DNA from: Macrostomum lignano
Lineage: Eukaryota
NCBI GenBank assembly: GCA_002269645.1
Contig: NIVC01000763.1
Coordinates: 383,484-447,483, forward strand
Reading direction: 5' to 3'
Length of the DNA stretch: 64,000 nucleotides
Of the stretch, positions 11,501 through 22,100 are shown piece by piece. The first letter of the stretch is position 1. Each line of letters opens with the position of its first letter. The notes under the pieces are model-generated. The model was not told where the DNA came from. It was given only the letters and a program-made list of their open reading frames with translations, and ran no database searches. The position numbers and the translations under genes are program-made.

Positions 11501-14027
11501 ACGTCCATCGTGAAGCCGATGACGCATCAGAAGCCTAAGAAAGGTAATTCAGGGCAGCGCAAATTGATGTTTGCTTCCGTATTCTATCTAGAGAATAAAT
11601 GATTTTTTTCCTTTATTTATATTTGTTTTAAATCCTTCCTCGTCTGGTATTGATTTTTTTCGTTTAGAAATTCTCGACTACTGGTATGATGATGCTGAAG
11701 CGGAGAATGAAAGCCCAGTCGAATGGGACGTTCCATTTGATTGGACTCACAAAGGTATTCGTGCTTATTGGACAAATACAAATTTATGCTTGACAAAGGT
11801 TTGATGACTGGCAAGTTCATTAATTAAGACGCTATTGTGCCTGCCTATTTATAGTCTAATTAAAATTAAGGTATATTTTTCGCTTTTAAAAAGTGTTTAA
11901 AATTTTCTGAGCGTAACTACTTACAGTACCTAATGTGCGTTTTATATTATTTTCTTACTGTTCTTCTCCAGTTCTTACTGTTTATCAAAGGGTTCGGTGA
12001 ACTAGCGCATGACTGCGGGCCAGAAGAGAGGAGAGAAGAGAGGGGATAAAGAAGAGAGGAGGAGAGAGATGAAAAAGGAGAGAGGAGACGAAACGGACGA
12101 GAGGAGAGGAGAGGAGAGGAGAGGAGAGGAGAGGAGAGGAGGGGACAGGAGAGGAGAGGAGGGAGAGGAGAGGAGGGGAGAGGAGGGGAGAGGAGGGGAG
12201 GGGAGAGGAGAGAGAGGAGAGAAGAGGAGGGGACAGGAGAGGAGAGAAGGGAGAGGAGAGGACAGGAGAGGAGAGGAGAGGAGGGGACAGGAGAGGAGAG
12301 GAGGGAGAGGAGAGGAGGGGAGAGGAGGGGACAGGAGAGGAGAGGAGGGGACAGGAGAGGAGAGAAGGGAGAGGAGAGGAGAGGAGAGGAGGGGAGAGGA
12401 GAGGAGGGGAGAGGAGAGAGAGGAGAGAAGAGGAGGGGACAGGAGAGGAGAGAAGGGAGAGGAGAGGAGAGGAGGGGAGAGGAGAGGAGGGGAGAGGAGA
12501 GAGAGGAGAGAAGAGGAGGGGACAGGAGAGGAGAGAAGGGAGAGGAGAGGACAGGAGAGGAGAGGAGGGGACAGGAGAGGAGAGGAGAGGAGAGGAGAGG
12601 AGAGGAGATCAGAGGAGAGGAGAGGAGAGGGGACAGGAGAGGAGAGAAGGGAGAGGAGAGGAGAGAAGGAAGAGGAGAGAAGAGGAGGGGACAGGAGAGG
12701 AGAGGACGGGACAGGAGAGGAGAGAAGGGAGAGGAGAGGAGAGGAGAGAAGGAAGAGGAGAGGAGAAGAGGGGACAGGAGAGGAGAGAAGGGAGAGGAGA
12801 GGAGAGAAGGAAGAGGAGAGAAGAGGAGGGGACAGGAGAGGAGAGGAGGGGACAGGAGAGGAGAGAAGAGGAGGGGACAGGAGAGGAGAGGAGGGTACAG
12901 GAGAGGAGAGAAGAGGAGGGGACAGGAGAGGAGAGGAGACACAAACCTTGATCAGGTCGGGTTGCTATTGTGAAGTCTCAAAGGACCCGAGGGCCGGATA
13001 GAGAGGCTTTGCGAGCCGGTGTTTACCGACTCCTGGACTTTACAATTACGAATCAAGAATTTCAAGGCTAGTAAAATGTTAGCAGAATTTTGGTAGCCCG
13101 TGATTTGTTTCGTTGCTGTTATTCCGTTTGTCCGTTCTTGGTCCTGGGTGGTATAAAAACGATATGCGACCTTTTCTGTTAAAACTAATGGGAAAATTCT
13201 ATATTTTATTGATTAAGTGTCTATTTTAATGATTATACTGCAACCGAGCACTTGTACTAAGCGACTAGCATTATAACCAAGCACGGAAACCGCTTCTTAT
13301 TGCAGAAGATCTGGATGAAATTGCCAGGCGCACCGCTCGGTTCTCGTTGACGCCGCAAAAAGGCAGCCCATTGTGGGACACCCAGCCAGTGCAGCAGGAA
13401 CAGCCTCCGCCACCTCCGCCGCCGCCGCCTCCGCCTCCGCCGCCGCCTGACTCGGCCTGGTCTCTAGACGCCGCGGTGCCCGCCGGTCCGTGGGGCCTCC
13501 CGGCGCAGCCAGCGGCTCCTCTGCTGTTGCCGCCGCTGTCGCAGGCCGCTATGGCCAGGGGCGAGCTGTCCCAGGTAGCTCAGGAGAAGCAGGAGTCGCT
13601 GCTCAATTACGAACAGTTGAAACGGGAGCGTCTGCAGCAGCAACAGCAGCAGCAGCAGCAGACGCTTCTTTTGCAGCAGGAGCAGCAGCCGGTGCAGCTG
13701 CCGTGGTGTTCCGACGGACTCAGCAGCACATTGGACATCTCCTGGTCTGAGTCCACCGTCTCCAATCGAAATCTCTGGGGCGGCGGCGTCGGCATCGGCT
13801 TTGGCGGCGACTTTGCGTCCTCAGCTGATAATGCAGCTTCGATCGCGGCCCCCGCTGTGCCGCCGGCCTCTGTTGGCAGCGCCGACGATCCAGTAGCTCG
13901 GATGCTGATGGGCGAGCAGCTGCTCTGGCACACGGCGGCCTCGACAGCTCCAACTGCGGCTGGTCCTCCGCCGCCGGCCAGCAGCGGCTGGGCCTGCTTT
14001 CCAAATGACGGCACCGGCGACTGCTGA
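98..14027 (+). CDS. TMEM131: Transmembrane protein 131 (TMEM131/RW1), 5'-incomplete; exons 98-643, 998-1879, 3678-3995, 4708-4783, 5971-6491, 7636-9109, 9427-9614, 9709-10034, 11383-11543, 13306-14027
   Basis: Motifs match TMEM131: TTFDVVFLAREMGATENTLFIRT, LLLPDCFPG, FDHQRLCGRDCYVGFP, IENPSDSPVLAQLLPL, LLRNNLTALE, FQPDY, LPRPDWE followed by a TM segment, then a low-complexity tail. All 9 introns are GT-AG and phase-compatible, giving 5214 nt = 1737 aa plus stop. The 9109 donor has an equally phased alternative at 9115. Confidence 0.92.
670..950. repeat. Degenerate ~21-bp intronic minisatellite (tctgtcacaccccttatccg)
   Basis: Repeated tgtcacac/cttatccg motifs in TMEM131 intron 1. Confidence 0.7.
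1975..2597. repeat. (TTAG)n microsatellite
   Basis: About 620 bp of ttag with tcag/ttgg/ctag variants. Confidence 0.97.
3150..3610. repeat. 26-bp minisatellite (ctcaagatt[c/t]gcccct[a/g]gaca[c/t]tcat)
   Basis: Period 26, about 17 copies. Confidence 0.95.
4054..4260. repeat. 28-bp minisatellite (cctcagttgctgggccagcctcccagat)
   Basis: Period 28, about 7 copies. Confidence 0.95.
4830..5938. repeat. 24/30-bp composite minisatellite (ctcccggatcctcagactccccgc, with a 6-bp insertion variant)
   Basis: 24-bp units at both edges and 30-bp units in the middle; it produces the spurious SRILRL and ESEDPG ORFs. Confidence 0.95.
6608..7243. repeat. 29-bp minisatellite (catctagagaccgaggatccattggttag), about 22 near-identical copies
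   Basis: Essentially perfect period 29, with degenerate edge copies. Confidence 0.97.
7277..7590. repeat. 30-bp minisatellite (atctaaggaaatgaagttccaggggtttca)
   Basis: Period 30, about 10 copies. Confidence 0.95.
10078..11032 (+). mobile_element. Unclassified non-coding interspersed element, copy A (related to 61796-62905 in reverse orientation)
   Basis: 10078-~10537 aligns to the reverse complement of ~62465-62905, with exact blocks such as agtagggtagagctgccaccaccgtaatt and ttattttacgccccacgggcaaat. Both copies end distally in a GTGGCA-N6/7-TGCCAC hairpin. Confidence 0.6.
11111..11181 (+). tRNA. tRNA-Gly, anticodon CCC, intronic in TMEM131
   Basis: GCGCCGA acceptor pairs with TCGGCGC; D arm GTGT-AGTGGTA-GCAT; anticodon arm TAAGC-CTCCCAC-GCTTG; T arm CCGGG-TTCGAAT-CCCGG; followed by a T6 Pol III terminator. 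Confidence 0.95.
12030..12940. repeat. (GGAGA)n purine-rich low-complexity satellite
   Basis: About 900 bp of gagga/ggaca units; source of the spurious RGEER and SPLLS ORFs. Confidence 0.95.
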
Positions 14028-14869
14028 GAGGAGTGACAGCGTCTGTGAGGGAGTGGGACTTGTGTTGTGTGTTATCCTGGGAGGCTGAATGCCTTGAATG
14101 GGCCGTTTTGACACTTATACCACTGTTGCTATGCTGTGTTTGACGCCGCCAGTAAACTATCCGCAGTGTGGAATTCTAACCCAAGTTATAAACCTAATAG
14201 TTTCTGTTCGTGTTGACTGAATCGCTTTTTAACATTATCTAGCTGCTGTTGTGGCGCGAGCCGTTTTGTTGCATCGCTTGCTATTCTCAAGACTGCTGCC
14301 GATTAGTTGTTGAACTGTCTTTAAAATATTGCAGCTAATATTGACAACAGTTGTGGGAAATGCTGTGCTCACAGCGTCTACCCTGAACTACATGTATCAG
14401 CAAACAACATGTCGCAACTAAATATATAATATGACGATATTTACTGGCGCAGAGACCTCACTCTCATTGCTCTGGTTAGCAACCGCAAGCTCTGCTTCCT
14501 GTGTGTGTTTTAAATGTTTTATTATTTAAGGCTATTCGGCCTTTGGTTTTAGAGATGCTTGATGGCCCCCAAGGACTGCTCAAGTAGAGGTTTTCATGAA
14601 AAATTAGCATAGAGAATCCTAATTTTCTGAACTAAAAGCTTTATGAGTATCAATTGAGCTATAAGAAAGGCACAACATATCAACAGATGAACATTCCACC
14701 CAACAAGCAAAGATGTTTTTTCACCTTTTACTGTGCATTTTAAATGATGAAGTTTCCTCTCTAACTAAGCATGAACCTCCTGCCTACTCGGGCCGCTCCT
14801 TCGCGTAGGAGGGCGACCTACGCTTCTAACTACGAGTACGAGCGGTAGCAGCGCTTCTTCGACCTCGAA

Positions 14870-15193
14870 GGCGGGTTGTAGCCTAGTAGTCAGAGCGTCG
14901 GACTCACGACTTGAAGGTCGGGGGTTCGATTCTCAACTCAATCGGAAAAATTTGTGTACTTTAGCAACACATTTAACTTTGCATTGCTTCAGCTCACTCA
15001 GCTGTAAAATGGGCACTCAGCATTTGCTGGGGTAATTGAAGGGTGTGTGGCGACCCCCCAGTCCTTGGACTGAACAGCCGTACGCAGCCTTCAGATGAGT
15101 ATCACTCATTTGCCGTGCAATAGCTGCGGCTGAGCTGTCGGTTGCACATCTGGCCCAACTGGGACAGGTGTAATCAATTATTATTATTATTAT
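14870..15193 (+). mobile_element. tRNA-derived SINE
   Basis: tRNA-like head with A box TAGCCTAGTAG and B box GGTTCGATTCT but no complete cloverleaf; a body containing cagctgtaaaatggg; (att)n tail at 15177-15193. Confidence 0.75.
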
Positions 15194-15508
15194 CAAGCTG
15201 GCGCAACTTCGACTTGACAGTAAAGCGGACAAGCAGCCATTCAGTCAAGCAGAAAGACCCCCCATCAACTCGGTTTTGCTTTTTTTTGCTTGGCGAACCA
15301 GGTGGACGCGAGGGACCTTGCAGACGCCGTCTTTTGGGCTGCCGTGCTCTTTTGCTTCTGGGCGCTTCTCAGGAAAGCAAATGTCTGAGGGCGCCACTCC
15401 GTTCTCGTTAGCGACGCTCAGGCCGATGGTCACTGGTCAGTGCTCGTCGCCACCGAGGCTGGGGGGGGACACAGGGACCCGCTGTGGCAATCAATAATTT
15501 TTCTTCCG

Positions 15509-15785
15509 GGCGCCAAAATGAGTGCCTGTGGCGCCAAAATGAGTGCCTGCGGCGCCAAAATGAGTGCCTGTGGCGCTAGAATGAGTTCCTGCGGCGCCAA
15601 AATGAGTGCCTGTGGCGCTAGAATGAGTTCCTGCGGCGCCAAAATGAGTGCCTGTGGCGCTAGAATGAGTTCCTGCGGCGCCAAAATGAGTGCCTGCGGC
15701 GCCAAAATGAGTGCTTGTGGTGCCAAAATGAGTGTCTGCGGCGCTAAAATGAGTGCCTTTGGCGCTAAAATGAATGCCTGTGGCA
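15509..15785. repeat. 21-bp minisatellite (ggcgccaaaatgagtgcctgc)
   Basis: Period 21, about 13 copies. Confidence 0.95.
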
Positions 15786-15934
15786 TCTGTGTTGATGTGT
15801 TGAAATATATATTATTCTATCTGTATGAATATTGCTTTTTTATTAACGAATAAAACTACAATCTGTAAATTCGGCATGCTGTGCTGCTTATTTGTAGCTG
15901 AGCTAATTTTGGCTAATTGTAAGTTTTGCGACCT

Positions 15935-16412
15935 ACTACCCTCCCTACCTGTTACCCTCCCTACCTGCTACCCTCCCTACCTGCTACCCTCCCTACCTGA
16001 TACCCTCCCTACCTGCTACCCTCCCTACCTGCTACCCTCCCTACCTGCTACCCTCCCTACCTGCTACCCTCCCTATCTGCTACCCTCCCTACCTGCTACC
16101 CTCCCTACCTGCTACCCTCCCTACCTGCTACCCTCCCTACCTGCTACCCTCCCTACCTGCTACCCTCCCTACCTGCTACCCTCCCTATCTGCTACCCTCC
16201 CTACCTGCTACCCTCCCTATCTGCTACCCTCCCTACCTGCTACCCTCCCTACCTGCTACCCTCCCTACCTGCTACCCTCCCTACCTGCTACCCTCCCTAC
16301 CTGCTACCCTCCCTACCTGCTACCCTCCCTACCTGCTACCCTCCCTATCTGCTACCCTCCCTACCTGCTACCCTCCCTACCTGCTACCCTCCCTACCTGC
16401 TACCCTCCCTAC
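15935..16412. repeat. 16-bp minisatellite (ctacctgctaccctcc)
   Basis: Period 16, about 30 copies. Confidence 0.95.
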
Positions 16413-16414
16413 TA

Positions 16415-17130
16415 CTATGCAGGGGCAAGTCCGGACTGTATGGGGGATGACGAACGAAATTTTGACTTTGTTTTCAGCCAGAAAGTTGGTTGCCATGGCA
16501 GCTGTGGCTGGATGCATTGTCGTGGTGAATCCGAATACGATCCGTCCTAATCCGGACGAAATAAGCTCGCTCGCATCCCCATTTTGACCATTTTGACCGG
16601 GCATCATGACGACGGCTAGAAGAGCTGATGAATATGATGAACATCTTCTGGGACCGAAAACCTGGTTGGTAAGATAGTTAACCTCTCGTCTCCAAAACCG
16701 ACCCAGGCCTTGTTTTGCAGCTTCAGGGGAACTTAAAAGTAGTAAGACCATTCGTCAGGAAGCCTTTGGTTGTCGGATTTGGCAATTAAAGTTGCGCAAG
16801 CACCCGCCCCTTCTTCTGCTTCTCCGTCAGGAGGTGAGACACCACCGGAGAAGTGATCTTACCCAACAGATTAGTCGTGAGGATAATGAGAACACTTCCA
16901 TCAGAAATATCGATGGTCTCACTAATCATCAACCAGAGTCACCTTCGGTCGCAGCTGTACAGGACCGCCCAGAGCGAGGGTCGTCATTCAAGAGTGTACT
17001 TCCAGCGTTGAGAGCTTCAATCCATCTGACCCACACAAGGAAATGGCCCCCATTACTTTGACCTATAAGTCCGCATGAATCTTGGTTGCATTTTCTCCAA
17101 GTGTGAATGCATTGTAAGCTACCGTACGTT
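16415..17130 (-). mobile_element. Degenerate Tc1/mariner transposase remnant
   Basis: Minus strand, across frameshifts: FTLGENATKIHADL, LLNDDPRSGR (HTH region), IRIHHDNASSH and RHPPYSPDLAP (mariner YSPDLAP motif at ~16422-16451). Confidence 0.85.
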
Positions 17131-17249
17131 CGAGACAACCAAGATTTATGAGAGACCACGCGCGACGACTCATACATTTGAAATGTACGACATCAATGGA
17201 TGTGATTAGTAACATCGAAAGCATTGCGCCTTTTACACCACTCCGTCTC

Positions 17250-18120
17250 CTAGTAGAATGCATATGGCCTTCTGCAGTCGGCTCGTCCAGCAGGTCCGTC
17301 CAGGTTTCCCGCGGATCAACCGTCGGACCGCCTTAAATGTCCACCTGCACCATCTTCCACGGAGCTGATTGGATGATGTTGTTCTGCAGCGGTGCTCCCC
17401 GGCGCTGATTCGGTACTTGCGATGCTGACATACCTCGCAGCTGTTCACCCAAAGCGGGACGTCATTATTTAGGCCGAGACAACAAGCTCTGTAGACAACT
17501 CTGCCAAGCGTCCTTTCGGGTCCGAGGTGTCAGCTTGCCGGATCGGCGTGCAGCAGCCGCAGAAGGTCCTGACGAAGCTGCAGGACATGACGTGTTGGCC
17601 GCTCCTTCTGATGACGCCGTCCTCACCTGGGTCCAGCTTTTCCGTCCTCACCCGGGTCCAGCTTTTCCGTCCTCACCCGGGCCCAGCTTTTCCGTCCTCA
17701 CCCGGGTCCAGCTTTTCCGTCCTCACCCGGGCCCAGCTTTTCCGTCCTCACCCGGGTCCAGCTTTTCCGTCCTCACCCGGGCCCAGCTTTTCCGTCCTCA
17801 CCCGGGTCCAGCTTTTCCGTCCTCACCCGGGTCCAGCTTTTCCGTCCTCATCCGGGTCCAGCTTTTCCGTCCTCACCCGGGTCCAGCTTTTCCGTCCTCA
17901 TCCGGGTCCAGCTTTTCCGTCCTCACCCGGGTCCAGCTTTTCCGTCCTCATCCGGGTCCAGCTTTTCCGTCCTCACCCGGGTCCAGCTTTTCCGTCCTCA
18001 CCAGGACGGCAGAGTTCTGAATTTGGCTGGCAGAGTCTAGTCTTGGTGATGAAGCACTTCCGGAACTACGAGCGTACTTAGCGAAGTTCTCGTCCTTACC
18101 GACCACAGGCCGTTGTTGCA
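17250..18120 (-). mobile_element. Ty3/gypsy integrase remnant interrupted by a minisatellite
   Basis: Minus strand NSCEVCQHRK and LQNNIIQSAPWKMVQVDI (zinc-binding region to core junction), and LVVPEVLH. Confidence 0.55.
17594..18002. repeat. 25-bp minisatellite (cagcttttccgtcctcacccgggtc)
   Basis: Period 25, about 16 copies. Confidence 0.95.
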
Positions 18121-18669
18121 AGGACTGCTCAACACCAAGAAGCGGAATTTAACCTCGGGGCTGGAGGGGTGCTGGAATGGACTGGATGGAACTGCACTTC
18201 TCAGTACCCTCCCTACCCCCACGAAGAAATTGAAATTGCCACGACACACTCCGCGAGGTTTTTTTGGTGCAGAATTTGTTAAATAACAATCTGGCTGCAG
18301 CTTCAGACAATGACCTGCCATACTATGCCTATAGTCTCATACTGTCTTCTTTTTCTTCTTTATTTCTATTTTTATTTCTGCAGGCGGTTCGGGGTAGAGA
18401 GGTGCAAACACTTATTTGTCTCGACTTTATTTAGCTAGCTACAAAACATTTAGCATTATTTAATCCATCGATCGTTTTTTGTCGAACTTGTCGTCTGGCT
18501 CGCCGACTGCAGATGTTCTTTAGCATTAGTCTTTTCAGCGCAAAGACTGCGTAAGGAGAGGGCTCGCTGCATTAAGAGAAGTCCTAAAAAGTGAGGGTTC
18601 CTGTCTGTCTGATCACTAATTTTCCAAGCTAAGCTCTTTACTTTGGGAGAACTTAACAAAAGGTCAGAG

Positions 18670-18815
18670 GGTGCTGGCGCCTCCCATGGGATGGAGTGCG
18701 CTGGCGCCTCCCATGGGATGGAGTGCACTGGCGCCTCCCATGGGATGGAGGGAGCTGGCGCCTCCCATGGGATGGAGGGAGCTGGCGCCTCCCATGGGAT
18801 GGAGGGCGCTGGCGC
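18670..18815. repeat. 27-bp minisatellite (gctggcgcctcccatgggatggaggga)
   Basis: About 5 copies. Confidence 0.9.
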
Positions 18816-19193
18816 CAGCTCACTGCGCCCTGACTCAATTACAGCACATCTGCACCGGGTTTCTGTGAGCACACGAGAGTTCGAATGCTATTGAGTTCGA
18901 GTGTGGCGCCATTTTGTAAAAGAGCAAAACCGTTTATAGTTTATATCCGGGTTGGGAGTTTACTATACTGTTTTTTCTAATTTTTGAAGTTGACCATAGA
19001 ATCCTGATTTTATAAGCACAAAGCTGTACGAATATCAAATAGAGCTATAAGAAAAGCAAGAAATATCGAAAGATGAACTCTCATTGGGTCTGCCTCCTGT
19101 CAAAAGCAATAACAATTTTATTCTGCTGAAAAAATACAAACCTCCTACCTCTAAGAATTTTCCAATAAGTATTTTCCTTTCCTTTGGTTATAG

Positions 19194-22100
19194 CTGAATT
19201 GCAATATGGATTTCTGGATTCTAGCAGCCGACTGCACCAGCTGGTAAGCACAGTTATTTAATATTGAAATATTTAATAAGATCCCCACTGAATTGTATAC
19301 CGAAAACATCCTTCAAGTGGAGCTGGTAGAAATGTCGTTTGCGATGGCACCGCATCAGCTTGTGGCTGAGAAGTGGCTGCAGGACAACCGCAACGCCGTG
19401 GTGTCAGCCGCCATCGGCTGCACTCACCAGGCGCTGCTGGTTCAACAAGCCAAGCAGGAGGTCCTGCTGGAGGAGGTCCAAGTGCTCGAGAGGAGAAGGC
19501 TGGACGAGTCCAACAAGTCCGCTGCAGCGTCCGTCACCAAGCTGAAGGCAATGGAAAGTCAGATTGGCGTGAACCAGGAGGCGCTGACTTACCTTCAGCA
19601 GATGACGTCGCTTGAGACGGCCTTCGTGTCCACGGGTCAGATAGTGATGAAGAAGGCACTGCAGATGTCCAAAGTGACCGACTGAGTCGTCCTGGAAGCC
19701 AAGAAGGTGAGCAGATCCAAGTCATTTTGCTTTTTGCCGTTGCAATCAAATGAAACAACAGTAGTTGGATGCATTTCCTGCAAAGGTGACATCCCTCACG
19801 CTAGCTAATTTAATATTTCTCATTTCCAGGAGCTGTCGGCCGAGGTCCACGGCACCTGGAGCTGGGTGAGCCAGCTGGCCGGCCTGAACCGGCGGACTAC
19901 CAGGCCTTCCACCACAGCGCCTACGAGCTCAACGCCATGCTGAACAGCCGCGGGCCAGCAGCAGCGGCGCCGCCATTGCCGCCATTCCCGCCAACGGGAT
20001 TCTGGGCTCCATCAAAAGCATCAACACTGTGCTCACTGTGAGTGACATTTCAGCGAACTTTGTTTGTTTCTATTAAAATTATTCTACACCAACTTGACAC
20101 TGAAAGCCTCCTCAAACCTCATGCGTACAACTCCAGATTGATGAGTCAAGCCGCACAACCCCCTCCCCACTTCATACCTGCCAACCCCTATAACCAACAG
20201 CCCATCTAATCTATCCAACAGTCCACCCAATCACCCAACAGCCCACCAATCTACCCAACAGTCCACCCAATCTACCCAAAAGCCCACCCAATCTACCTAA
20301 CAGCCCACCCAATCTACCCAAAAGCCCACCCAATCTACCTAACAGCCCACCCAATCTACCCAAAAGCCCACCCAATCTACCCAAAAGCCCACCCAATCTA
20401 CCCAAAAGCCCACCAATCTACCTAACAGCCCACCAATCTACCCAACAGTCCACCCAATCTACCCAAAACCCCACCCAATCTACCTAACAGCCCACCCAAT
20501 CAACTCAACAGCCTACCCCTACCCCAACAAGCCCACCTAATCTACCCAGCAGCCCCCGACCTTAGTCTACCTAATCCAACACAGACTTCTATCCAATAAG
20601 TACATTTAACAGCCCACTGATCACTTTACAAAATTCATCCCATCACCCAACTCATTTGTCCAATAGCCCCCCACATCTACCCTCCCCCGATCCCATCTAT
20701 CCGTTCCCCACATCATCAAACAAGCCCACTATCCACCCCATCTATGCAATTGCAACCACTCTTCTAATCCGTCTAGCCGCCTACCAAACCTGAAAACTCA
20801 CTTATTCACCCAACCACCTACTTCACTTATCTAACCAACCGTTTATTTTACCCCCAATCTTATCAAAATGCATTAGCAATCAATTAGCTCGAACAAGCAA
20901 GAACAAACACACCAGAAATTATTTCAATAATTAGCTCCTAATTATTATTCCCGCATTGTTGCCAGTCGTCTCAAGTCTTCCACAATCCCCCCCACAGACG
21001 GTCCTGGAGCCGGGAGAGCAGGTGACTGTCATCGACAACTCTCAGTCCTACTCGTGGACGGTGAGGCGCTCGGGCGGAAGCGAGGTCGAAGTGCCCAGCA
21101 CCTGCATCTGGCTGCCGCCGGCCGATCCGGAGGCAGTGCAGCTCGCCATCGGGTTTGTGGAAATCTTATTACTAGTAGAAAAAGGCTTCTTTATTGCTCA
21201 CTCGTTGACTTGAGGGCATTAAAGCTTAAGAGTGCTTTGATAATTAGAAAACAGGTATTGCACTTTGACAAACAGTAACTGTGTATGAAAGAACTGAGAA
21301 GCAAACTCGTTACGGTTTTCAGGCTGAGACGAAAGCTGTTGAACACCTGGTCACAGATTCTGAACAGTCTGCGTCAGTGGATTGCCGAGTTCTTTGACTC
21401 CTACTTGACCCAGATGCTCAAGAGCCCAGTGGTGAGTGCTTTTTGAAAATTTAGTCGATAATTTTCTGATCATATCATCTTATACATCTAAAAACACACA
21501 GTAGCCAATTAGCCAAGCTTTAACGTCTAGTTAAATTTATTTATATACAGGCATGAATTTTAATACAAAAGTAAGAAAGCAAAGAAATAGCAGCTTTTTC
21601 ATACTTTCCAAATTTTTCATTACCTTTCTCAGGGAGTAGCCAGAAAAACCAAAGACGTTGCGGCTGAATTTCTTCATTCGCTGCGTCAGTCAAGCCAAAC
21701 ATTCCTGGGCGTTGACGATCAGCTGACAGATCGCCTTGTCAAATCCGTCGAAAAAGTGCTTGAAAAGATGACAATCTGCGGTGAGAATTCACAAATTCCA
21801 CTCTAAAAGATTCCACGCTTTTATAAGCTAACTAATGCGATACAAGTTTTAGTGCAGAAATGCACGTGTAAAAGCAGAACTTGAGTTCTTGGATTCTTTT
21901 TTTAAATATTCAATGAACGATCTTATATATTTCAGAAGGCCCAAAGGCATCACTGGCGGAGAGAGAACTAGTCATTCTACAGGCCTGTCTAGCCAAGCTG
22001 CAGGAGCACCTGAGCGAATGGCGTCATTGCTCAAATGAAGCTACAGAAGCTGAGACCGAACTGCAAGGCCGCTTTACGGACCGCTTTATCGAAGGAGTCT

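Noticed and set aside
15440-15460. PBS-like tggcgacgagc on the minus strand
   Set aside because: Not preceded by an LTR-ending CA, and no gag-like ORF follows.
19683-19685. In-frame TGA as selenocysteine or programmed readthrough
   Set aside because: The same gene has several frameshifts and other stops, the context is helical rather than redox-like, and no SECIS was recognised.
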